A program made the translations under genes and the position numbers. DNA of 64,000 nt, taken from positions 64,001 through 128,000 of the forward strand of contig CAVXTM010000016.1 in NCBI GenBank assembly GCA_963764725.1, given 5' to 3'. Below are positions 32,022 through 40,726 of the stretch, in pieces (position 1 is the stretch's first letter; each line of letters starts with the position of its first letter). Origin of the DNA: an uncultured Gammaproteobacteria bacterium (GTDB lineage Bacteria > Pseudomonadota > Gammaproteobacteria > JACCXJ01). The notes under the pieces were generated by a model that was not told the DNA's origin, did not search any database, and worked only from the letters and a program-made list of their open reading frames with translations.

Positions 32022-34241
32022 ATGCACCGTCGCGCCTTGGAGATCCGTCAAGGGCTGCATTCAACCCACCCGGAAGACAGCATGACCGCGATCGAAGTCG
32101 CGGAGAGCCATCGGTCGATCGGCGTCTTACAGCTTCGTATGGGCGCGGCCTCCGAAGCGGAGCAGAGTCTTGAAGCCGCGGTGCATCTCGCGCTGGATCA
32201 CCTCTTCGACCCAGAGGTTTCCGGAGCAGGCAATACGGATCCAGTGCGCACCCCGATGACCATACTGCCAAGAACGGCGGCTCTAACAGTGCTCGCCGAC
32301 TCGCTGTTGAACACTGCGATAGCATCTTGGTCCGAAGAGGCTTCTAACCGAGCCCTGTCCGTTGCGCGTGATCTCGCTTGGGCTAGACCCCTTTCGGCGG
32401 AAGGAAGAACGGCAGATGCCTTCGCGCTTGTTTATCGTGCCCACATCGTTGGGGGTCTTGATCCATCCGAAGCGCTCCAGGATTACCGAAAGGTGAATGC
32501 CTCCTTCGACGAGCTTCTGCGGTGGGATCCTTACAACGATCTCTGGCGGCGCGAATGGGCCGCGACCGGTTTAGTGGTCAGCGAGGGGATTTTGGCCTGC
32601 TTGCAGGATGAACAGCAGCGCTGCAAAAAACTGGCCCCGGATCTCAGGGAAGCAGAGCGTCTGAATCTCGAGGCCATCGAGCAGCTGCGGGTCCTCGCCA
32701 ACAAAGACCCCGGCAACGTGTCGTGGGGAAGCGATTTGGCATGGGCTCTCTCCGTTCGGGCGAAAGTCCTCAAGGAGAAAAAGCAACCGGATGAACGCCT
32801 CTGGGCGCTCGACGAGGCCGTCGAACTCTACACGCAGGCAGCCATGGACCCCAGCGATGTGGACGCCCAGTGGAGCCGGGCGAACGCTCACCGAGACCGG
32901 GCGGCCGCCTTGGCTGACCGGAACAAGACGGGTGCAGCCATCGAAGACCAGCGACGGGCGCGCGAAATCCTCGAAACAGTGGTCAAAGAGCATCCGAGTC
33001 ATCTCGTCTTCCGCGGTGAGCTTGTTCAAACCTTGGACGGAGAGATCGCGCTGCTTCCGAAGAACGGCGATCCAGCCGCCGCCGGCGCGCTCGAACGACA
33101 GAAGAAGGAGCAACAGACAGAATTGGAGCGACTCCAAGCCGTGGACGCAGGGGATAGCTATCAGAACGAAATCTGGACGGAGCAATGGGAGCGAGGGAAG
33201 AAGGCCGAACAGGACAAAAAGTGGGATGCAGCCGTTGACGCCTATCGCGCCGAGATCGAGACTCTCAGGGCAGCGGCGGCCCAAGAACCAAACCGGGCCG
33301 CAGTCTGGTACGCGCTCGCCCAGAAACTTTTCGCCGGAGCGCTGGCTAAAGCAGGGCGAGCAACCGAAAGCGTGAGTGCCTACCGCGAAGGTCTCGACTC
33401 GGCCAAGAAAGCTGCGGAACTCGCTTCAAAGAATGCAAAATACCAGAACCACGTACATGTGGTTCACGTGAATCTCGGGGCCGCCCTTCAGGAGAGCGGC
33501 GATCTCGAGGAGGCCCTGCGCGAGTTTCGTGCTTCCCTGGAACCGCTCAACACCGCGCTTCGACTCGATCCGACAGATGCTCAGTACCACGAGAACGAAA
33601 GCAACGCATACGACTGGATCGCTTCTACCCTCGAGGAACTCAGCCAACGCGAACCGGAACGACCGGATGCCCTGCGGGAAAAACGAGAAACAGCGCTGCA
33701 AAAGAGAGTACACGCGTCGTGGCGCGCCGCTGCGTTTTCGTCCGAGATGGCTAAAGCTAATAACTACCATAACCTGGCCATGGCCCGACGAGGCCTGGCC
33801 CTGTTTCTTTTCACGGAAAAAGATGAAGTGCAGGCAGCACTTAACCTAATGGAGCAAGCCCGATTGGACGTGGAACGTACGGTGGCGCAAGACCCGAGCA
33901 ACCCCAGGTATCATTACTACCTTGGCGACGCAGATATAGCGGTCGGCATATTACGGCGGGAAAATGCTCAGATTGGTGGATGGGAGGAAGCGATCCGTAA
34001 GGGCCTCGTCTCGATCGATCACGCCCTCAGCCTCGCGCCGAAAGAAGCTGTTTATTTGAAGCCTTACGGCGGCTATCGTCAGTATCTCGGCGAGGAACTA
34101 ATCAAAGATCACCGCGTTGAGGCCGGCCGAAAGGAATTGGAACTGGCGCTTTCGGCGTACGAAAAAGCGCAGAAACTTTCGCCGAAAGATCTGGAAATTC
34201 GGGAGGTCATCGAGGCGGTGCGAGTAACGCTGGCGCGGTAG
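32022..34241 (+). CDS. Large tetratricopeptide-repeat protein, probably 5'-truncated
   Basis: 739 aa of TPR-like repeats (DPYNDLWRRE, DPGNVSWGSDLA, DPTDAQYH, DPSNPRYHYYLG); TPR-like coding continues upstream in a shifted frame to the ISL3 junction. Confidence 0.75.
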   Translation: MHRRALEIRQGLHSTHPEDSMTAIEVAESHRSIGVLQLRMGAASEAEQSLEAAVHLALDHLFDPEVSGAGNTDPVRTPMTILPRTAALTVLADSLLNTAIASWSEEASNRALSVARDLAWARPLSAEGRTADAFALVYRAHIVGGLDPSEALQDYRKVNASFDELLRWDPYNDLWRREWAATGLVVSEGILACLQDEQQRCKKLAPDLREAERLNLEAIEQLRVLANKDPGNVSWGSDLAWALSVRAKVLKEKKQPDERLWALDEAVELYTQAAMDPSDVDAQWSRANAHRDRAAALADRNKTGAAIEDQRRAREILETVVKEHPSHLVFRGELVQTLDGEIALLPKNGDPAAAGALERQKKEQQTELERLQAVDAGDSYQNEIWTEQWERGKKAEQDKKWDAAVDAYRAEIETLRAAAAQEPNRAAVWYALAQKLFAGALAKAGRATESVSAYREGLDSAKKAAELASKNAKYQNHVHVVHVNLGAALQESGDLEEALREFRASLEPLNTALRLDPTDAQYHENESNAYDWIASTLEELSQREPERPDALREKRETALQKRVHASWRAAAFSSEMAKANNYHNLAMARRGLALFLFTEKDEVQAALNLMEQARLDVERTVAQDPSNPRYHYYLGDADIAVGILRRENAQIGGWEEAIRKGLVSIDHALSLAPKEAVYLKPYGGYRQYLGEELIKDHRVEAGRKELELALSAYEKAQKLSPKDLEIREVIEAVRVTLAR

Positions 34242-34302
34242 TTCTATGCCGCATTATGCGCGGTAGCACGCTACGTACGCCGCCGGGGCCATTGTTACCC
34301 CG

Positions 34303-34530
34303 GTTAGGTCGAGGATTGGCGCGCACACCGTAGGCGTCGGTGGGTGAATCCAGTGCTTTCACACCGGCCCTCAGTCCGACCATGCCCTAGCCACGTTTCC
34401 AATCCCCGCCACGACAAACCGAGCGTGCCGATTTCCAGCACTCGGCTTTCCGGTTGACTTCATCATGAGGCTTATGTGACCTATCCATCAGCAGCGCTTT
34501 CAGCAACCATGCTTACTCCACCTGCCTTCT
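34303..34530 (-). ncRNA. Group II intron 3' remnant (domains V and VI)
   Basis: AAGCCGAGTGCTGGAAATCGGCACGCTCGGTTT (DV with AGC triad), then GGCGGGGATTGG...CCAATCCTCGACCTAAC. Confidence 0.75.
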
Positions 34531-34798
34531 TGATTGCGGTAAGGTGTCCGGCGGTCCTCGGATCCAGGGACCGAGAGACAGGTGCGGACGTGCCACTCTT
34601 TAGATAACTCGCACCAAGTGTAGCTGCATGCACCGAGTCCGCGCTGACCGCGGCGAGTCGGAGGCGGTGACGAAGCAGCCGTGCTGACTATCAGGACATT
34701 CCGAATAAAACACGACGAGCTCTCGCGCGGACAGGCGTAAAACGCAATGATGGAGAGACATGGGTTGCAGGGTAAAACGCGTAACTACTTGTAATACA

Positions 34799-34854
34799 TG
34801 GCGGAGAGGGAGGGATTCGAACCCCCGGTGAGTTGCCCCACAACGGTTTTCAAG
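34799..34854 (-). pseudogene. 3' half of tRNA-Ser(TGA), att-site relic
   Basis: CTTGAAAACCG...GGTTCGAATCCCTCCCTCTCCGCCA; no 5' anticodon stem or D arm. Confidence 0.8.
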
Positions 34855-35029
34855 CGCGTAGCTGCAAAATTATTTGTTTTTTTATGTCAAGCACTTACAC
34901 GCCTAATTCTTTGATCCCTCGAAAAATAGCGTAACAATGATTAATCATATTGCGTCATTCTGGGTGTGACAAGGTTGTGACAAAAAGACCTTTCCTGACC
35001 TCGCGATCCTCGGACACCGTCCAGAGCGG

Positions 35030-35372
35030 GATCTGCCGCTGCGACCTGGCGTCGGCGCCGAGCTTCGGCAAGCGTTCTGTCAGCACTTTCTCTGCGGCAT
35101 CGAGCGACGCAATATTGATCAGCGCCTGCACGAGGTGCTTCGTGATGACGGGGTCGAAATCGCGCGCGTCCACCCATCGCTGCGCGACGATGCGTGCGTT
35201 ATCGTACTGACGGTTCCTGACCAGCGTCCTTGCCTCGGTCGCCGTAATCGGGCTGCGGCCCGATGTCGGCGACGATCAATTCGACCGCGGCGCCGAGGTC
35301 CCACGGCTGCGCGTCGGGAAACTCGCCGTTCTTGAGTGCCTCGGCCAGCTTCCGTACCGCTTCGCTGTCCAT
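35030..35372 (-). pseudogene. Truncated, frameshifted TPR-like protein (third gene of the TIR operon)
   Basis: ATG 2 nt after the hydrolase stop; LVRNRQYDNARIVAQ...KHLVQALINIASLDAAEKVL. Confidence 0.5.
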
Positions 35373-35374
35373 GG

Positions 35375-36363
35375 TCAGACCTCAAGCGCCTCTCTCAGAT
35401 GCTGGCGCAGCTTCTTGCCGGCGAGATAGTGCGTGATGGTGTGACGCCAGTTGCCCCAGTTCGACTCCTTCACCTCCTCGACGCTCTTGCCGCCGACGGA
35501 CCGATAGTCGTTCGCGAACCTCGGATCGGCGCCGCAGATCGGATCCATCGGATCGTAGATGTTGATCCAGCGCCGCAGGGTGGCCGCTGGGAAATCGACA
35601 GCGTCGCGCCCGGCGGCGATCAACTCCTGCTGCATTTCGCGAACGCCGAGCGGCGAGCCGAGCGTGATCAACGTATCGACCGGCGGGCAGTTGGCGCAGT
35701 TACGCAGCACGTCGTAGGCCACCATGGTCCCCATGCTGTGCGAGACGATGACGACCTTCTCGGCCTGGTTGTGCGCTGACGCCAGGTCGCTCAGCAGGAG
35801 CGAGCGCAACTTCTTGCGCACCTGGAAGCGTTCACCGTCGGCGCGAACGAATTCCTTGTCGAACAGGAAATAGTAGGCCTCCATGGCAGCCTTCTTGATG
35901 ATGGCCTCGCGCACCGGCGACGGCAGCAGTCGCGCGATCTCGCGATCGGCAGGCGCTGCGTCAACCGCCGCGGGCGCGGGCGCCAGTGGCCAGATTGGCG
36001 GCAAGCGAAGCGTTCGAGGAAAGCCTGCTCCCGCGGCGTCACGGCATTCGGCAGCTGCAGATTCGGATCGACGCGGTCGAGTCCCTCGCTCGCGAGCTCA
36101 GCCGACGCATCGCCCTCCTTCTCATAGTACGACCTGAGATCCGTCTCGTAGTTGGTGCCATAGAAGACATCGGCGTAGTAGTTGAGGAAGTGCGGGACAC
36201 CTTCCGTCGCGAGATCGATACCCCCATTCGAAGACGTGAACACAGACGGCATCGGGTCGCCGCGTTCCAACCCCCAGACCCACAGCTCCTTCAGTTTGTC
36301 GGGTGCGGGCTTCTTGGCGAGGCCGTGGCTGAAAATCACGCTGGTAGCACACTTCGCTGGCAT
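35375..36363 (-). pseudogene. Alpha/beta hydrolase (lipase-like) with one frameshift near 36005
   Basis: VIFSHGL, YYADVFY, IVSHSMGT nucleophile elbow, LITLGSPLG, WINIYDPMDPI, terminal His. Confidence 0.75.
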
Positions 36364-36423
36364 GTGAGTTTCTGGATTGAGCTGCCGCACTTCCGCCGCA
36401 ATCGATGGGAGTATGAAATCGCC

Positions 36424-37740
36424 TCAGACCTGATCGCAGTCGGGCAAATGTTCGAACGCCTTGCGCACCAGTGCGCGCTCCTCGGGCGTAGGCTCAAGCT
36501 TCGCCATCAACCGGCACGCCTGTTTCCAGCTCGTCTGGTGCGACCCGGTCTGCGAGCGGGCCATCGCGACGGCAGCGTCGTAAATTCGAGCCGCATCTGC
36601 ATAGTTCTTCTGCATGAGCAGGACTTCGCCGACGGTCGCCGTCATCCAGTACTCGCCCTGGCGCGGCGCGGTACCGACGATCTCTTGGACCCTGGTCGCA
36701 AAATCAGCCGCTCGCTCGAGATCTTCCGGCGTGCCGAGCAGGACGCTTTTCGCCGCTGCGTTGATGCCGGTGTAGTAGTCGTCAGCGGCGAGCCCGAAGG
36801 CTTCCGCGTACAAGTCGCGTGACTGCTTCAAGTCCGGGATTCGATTCGAGCGCTCGTAGTGCTCCATCCAGGTCGAGGCATAGATACCGATCGTCTCCGG
36901 ATCCTTCTCGCCCGACTCGTACAGCTCGCTGACGATATCCTGTGCGGCCAACAGATCCTGTTCCGGCCCGCCACCCCGCGCGCGACGCAGCAGCGCGAGG
37001 GCGCGCAGTTGCTTCGGTCTGATCGCGCGCGGGAATTCCTTCTCGAGCTCCTGCAACATCGCGATCGCCGCATCGTACGCACCGATCTTGGTGAGGCCCT
37101 CCGCGGCCTTGCAGCCCAACGCTGCCGAGACACGCCAGGGCAGGCCGCGCTCGGCGAACAACTGCTGGATACGCTCGGTCCGGCCGTTGCGTATCGCCGC
37201 GCCGATCTGGTCCGCGGCCTTCTTGGACGCCTCGTCGAGGTCGAGCGCGAGGCGCACTGCTTCCTCGCTCATCGGCTGCCCGACCACGGCATGGAGCAGA
37301 CGCAGCAACTCGCCGCCGTTTGGGCCGTCGGGATAGCCGCTGAAATCCATGAAGATCCGCAAGGCGGCGAAGGTGGGGACCTCGGTCTGATCGACCCGCA
37401 CCGGAATGAACCGAAAGGCGCGCTTCTTGCCGCTCGCTTGCTCCATGGTCTGGTATTCGCGGCGCACCCATTCGGAATCACGCGCCTGGCTCGACCACAC
37501 CAGTATCCCCGCCTGGCTCGAGGACAAGGCGTCTTCGAGGCGCGTCACCAATTGATCGCCGCCGACGAGCACACATTGATCGAGAAACACCTTGTGCTTG
37601 TATCTGCGCAGTACGTCGTACAGGTTCAATACCCACGCACGGTTGGCAGATCGATAGGAGAGGAATACGTTCCATTGCTCGCCGCCACTCAAGGGGCGCG
37701 GAGCAGGCACGTGGCTGAGCCATTCTTCTGCAGCGTTCAT
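36424..37740 (-). CDS. TIR domain + TPR-S (MAP3K TRAF-binding/DUF4071-like) protein
   Basis: VFLSYRS, VFLD, SEWVRREY; DPETIGIYASTW, YAEAF...DDYYTGINAA, YWMTATVGE; GGAG RBS. Confidence 0.85.
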   Translation of the reverse strand: MNAAEEWLSHVPAPRPLSGGEQWNVFLSYRSANRAWVLNLYDVLRRYKHKVFLDQCVLVGGDQLVTRLEDALSSSQAGILVWSSQARDSEWVRREYQTMEQASGKKRAFRFIPVRVDQTEVPTFAALRIFMDFSGYPDGPNGGELLRLLHAVVGQPMSEEAVRLALDLDEASKKAADQIGAAIRNGRTERIQQLFAERGLPWRVSAALGCKAAEGLTKIGAYDAAIAMLQELEKEFPRAIRPKQLRALALLRRARGGGPEQDLLAAQDIVSELYESGEKDPETIGIYASTWMEHYERSNRIPDLKQSRDLYAEAFGLAADDYYTGINAAAKSVLLGTPEDLERAADFATRVQEIVGTAPRQGEYWMTATVGEVLLMQKNYADAARIYDAAVAMARSQTGSHQTSWKQACRLMAKLEPTPEERALVRKAFEHLPDCDQV

Positions 37741-38338
37741 TTTGGATTCTCCGGACCTGGAGTCTGCGCCGCGTGTGCAGTAGGCGAGCGCACGCTCGTC
37801 ACTCACGCGATGCTGCGCGCGACCCGGTCACGATGCCCAGATTGAGCCACAACTTGCAGCCCTGACAGTGGACAAAAGTCGCGGTCGGTAAGGGGAAGAG
37901 TACGGATGGACCTGTGGGTTGTCAATGACACGAGCCGTCGGTCCAGGATGCGGGATGTTTCGGGCCCTTCAGCCATCCGAAGCCCGGGGATCCAGGGGTG
38001 TTTTGGCCTCTCGGGCGGGTGCCGGCCGACGGAGGCTGTCGGCTCAGGGAGTGGAACCGGGTGGGAGGGGTGGTACGCTGGGATCAGGCCATTTGAGTCG
38101 GTGGAATGACCGCGCGGGCGATCGGGGCGGTGCCCGGGCGGACAAGCCGAGATGAGTGAGGATCTGGGCGATGACAGGGGGATCTTCGATGGCGGCGATG
38201 ATCTTCAAGAGGCCGCCACATTGGGGCAGTGCTCCAGGTCGAGGCTTGGCTGGGGAGCGTTTGTAAGGACAGCACCTTCTGACCCGCCCGGGGGAAGCCC
38301 AGAGAACGCCGTAGGGGTTAACGCCAAAGGCAGGATAG

Positions 38339-38488
38339 TTTACGGAGCACGACGTACGCGCTAAGTGTGCCTCCGATGCCGAAAGTCTAGAGCATGCGCG
38401 CCAGCTCTTGGCGCACGCAGATTCTCGCTTGACTGCCCGTGTCTATCGCCGCAAACCGGAACTTGTAAAGCCAGGGAAAGGGGTTTGA
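38339..38488 (+). pseudogene. Tyrosine integrase C-terminal remnant
   Basis: FTEHDVRAKCASDAESLEHARQLLAHADSRLTARVYRRKP (HxxR, H and Y), followed by a repeated AATCGTACA. Confidence 0.75.
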
Positions 38489-38550
38489 ATCGTACAAATG
38501 GCGTTTAATCGTACAGGTGCTAAAAAAATATCGCTGTAACTTATTGATTT

Positions 38551-38627
38551 TGGCGCGCCCGGAGAGATTCGAACTCCCGACCCCCTGGTTCGTAGCCAGG
38601 TACTCTATCCAACTGAGCTACGGGCGC
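38551..38627 (-). tRNA. tRNA-Arg(ACG)
   Basis: GCGCCCGTAGCTCAGTTGGATAGAG...CTACGAA...GCGCCA. Confidence 0.97.
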
Positions 38628-38676
38628 AGGGCGCAGTCAAAGACCCCTGATCGGCTGCGGGTTGTAGCCGTGAGGA

Positions 38677-38769
38677 TGGCGGAGAGAGAGGGATTCGAAC
38701 CCTCGATGGAGTTTTTAGCCCCATACTCCCTTAGCAGGGGAGCGCCTTCAGCCTCTCGGCCATCTCTCC
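38677..38769 (-). tRNA. tRNA-Ser(GCT)
   Basis: GGAGAGATGGCCGAG...CTGCTAA, long variable arm, ...CCGCCA. Confidence 0.97.
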
Positions 38770-38832
38770 ACGCTGTAAACACCTGCGCTTTGTCTAAGTT
38801 TATCGCAGACCCGCCCAGTCTAAAGGTAGGGT

Positions 38833-39066
38833 TTATCGATGTTGTACATCTTTTTCTAGCTCTGGCTCCACGGCGACGCTCGCCTTGCCTATCCCCCCCG
38901 CCTGTTCCTGTTGGATCCGCAGGTAGATCTCCTCTCTATGCACGGCGATTTCCTTCGGTGCGTTCACGCCTACTCGTACTTGGTTTCCCTTCACTCCGAG
39001 CACCGTTACAGTGACGTTGTCGCCAATCATCAATGACTCGCCGACTCTCCTAGTCAATATCAGCAT
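38833..39066 (-). CDS. csrA: Carbon storage regulator
   Basis: [16 protein letters not shown]...VHREEIY. Confidence 0.98.
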   Translation of the reverse strand: MLILTRRVGESLMIGDNVTVTVLGVKGNQVRVGVNAPKEIAVHREEIYLRIQQEQAGGIGKASVAVEPELEKDVQHR

Positions 39067-39219
39067 CTCCTGCCTCCTCCATTATCACTAGCGTACTTGA
39101 CGCCTGGAATTGTGCTTTGTTCCCCGCCTTAAAGCAAAGGGCTCCCTGCCCTACATTCACCAGTTTAACCCGTACAAACGTTAAATGCGAGATGAATTGC
39201 TGAGCTTTTAACTGCTTAG

Positions 39220-39362
39220 TCCTACTGTGTTACAAGGCGATCAAGGGATGCCATGCGAGGGGAATCGGGCGAGAAAGCGGAGTTTACACGGCAGTAAATG
39301 AGCATTTCGAGCCCGATGCCAACGAAGCAGGGTGCCCTTCAGCAGCTTGTAACACAGTAGGA
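39220..39362. mobile_element. MITE, 143 bp
   Basis: Perfect 17-bp TIR TCCTACTGTGTTACAAG/CTTGTAACACAGTAGGA flanked by TTAG on both sides. Confidence 0.8.
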
Positions 39363-39372
39363 TTAGGTAGGA

Positions 39373-40596
39373 TTAGGTGGAACTTTTTTCCAGACCAAAC
39401 GCACTGTGTAAGGTCCGAACCCCAAGCTCTAGATACTTCTCATCAACAACGACGGAAATCTTGATTTCGGAGGTTGAAATCATGCGAATGTTGATGCCCT
39501 CCTCGGCCAAGGCCCGAAACATCTTGGACGCAATCCCGGCATGGGAACGCATACCCACGCCTACCACCGAGATCTTCACGATCTTGTTATCCCCTTCGAC
39601 TCCACGTGCCGCCAGATCGCGGGCAACTTTTCCAAGTGCCTCCAATGCCCTGTCATAGTCGTTTCGATGCACGGTAAAGGTGAAATCCGTGGTCCCATCC
39701 GCCCCGACGTTTTGAACGATCATATCGACTTCGATGTTCGCATCGGCGATCGGACCCAGGATACGCGCGGCGATCCCCGGCCTATCGGGCACACCGAGGA
39801 CCGTGAGTTTTGCCTCGTCACGATTGACGGTAATTCCAGACAGCAGGGGTTGTTCCATAGACGCATCCTCAGGGGCGATGAGCGTTCCGCCGCCCTCCGC
39901 GAACGAGGAGAGCACGCGCAGCGGCACATTGTATTTACTTGCGAACTCCACCGAGCGGATCTGCAGGACCTTGGCGCCGAGGCTCGCCATCTCCAGCATT
40001 TCCTCGTAGGTGAGGCGTTCGAGGCGGCGCGCCTCGGGCACGATGCGCGGGTCGGTGGTATACACCCCGTCCACATCGGTAAAGATTTGACATTCGTCGG
40101 CCTTGAGTCCGGCGGCCAACGCCACCGCCGTGGTATCGGACCCCCCGCGGCCCAGTGTGGTGATATTTCCCTTTTCATCCACTCCCTGAAATCCCGCTAC
40201 CACCACGATCATACCGGTGTCGAGATCCTGCCGCACGCGTTGGCCGTTGACGTCTAGAATGCGGGCCTTGTTATGAGCGCTGTCCGTCAGAATATGCACT
40301 TGCGCACCGGTGTAGGAGCGGGCGCGCTGCCCGGACGCTTCCAATGCCATGCACAGGAGCGCAATCGTCACTTGCTCGCCCGTCGCCAGCAACACGTCGA
40401 GCTCCCTCGGGTTCGGTCGCGGGGTGATTTTTTTTGCCAGCGCGATGAGCCGATCCGTCTCGCCGCTCATCGCCGAGACGACCACGACCACCTGATGACC
40501 CGTCCGGTGCGCCGCGCTAGCCTTATCCGCAACGGCGCGGATGCGTTCAACGCTACCGACCGAGGTTCCCCCGAACTTTTGTACGATTAATGCCAT
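39373..40596 (-). CDS. lysC: Aspartate kinase
   Basis: IVQKFGGTSV, LGRGGSDTT, two ACT domains. Confidence 0.96.
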   Translation of the reverse strand: MALIVQKFGGTSVGSVERIRAVADKASAAHRTGHQVVVVVSAMSGETDRLIALAKKITPRPNPRELDVLLATGEQVTIALLCMALEASGQRARSYTGAQVHILTDSAHNKARILDVNGQRVRQDLDTGMIVVVAGFQGVDEKGNITTLGRGGSDTTAVALAAGLKADECQIFTDVDGVYTTDPRIVPEARRLERLTYEEMLEMASLGAKVLQIRSVEFASKYNVPLRVLSSFAEGGGTLIAPEDASMEQPLLSGITVNRDEAKLTVLGVPDRPGIAARILGPIADANIEVDMIVQNVGADGTTDFTFTVHRNDYDRALEALGKVARDLAARGVEGDNKIVKISVVGVGMRSHAGIASKMFRALAEEGINIRMISTSEIKISVVVDEKYLELGVRTLHSAFGLEKSST

Positions 40597-40726
40597 ATCC
40601 GCCGCAAAGGCCGGCCACTCCACCTGAAGCGCAAAGCAACTGGAATACGGGCTGGCCTCAGAGCTTGCGAAGAAATCGTAGCGAGCACGCACACCCGCGA
40701 GGCGCAGTAGATTTATTCACACGCTC

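Larger units (their letters stand above)
8365..38550. mobile_element. Composite decayed genomic island between the tRNA-Leu and tRNA-Arg 3' ends
   Basis: Integrase remnants next to both tRNAs, an internal half tRNA-Ser, and a high density of IS elements and pseudogenes. Confidence 0.75.

Noticed and set aside
37860-38330. IS91-like terminal remnant
   Set aside because: Only vague similarity from memory, with no transposase motif
38517-39014. 165-aa ORF (likewise 8007-8297)
   Set aside because: Overlaps tRNA genes and csrA
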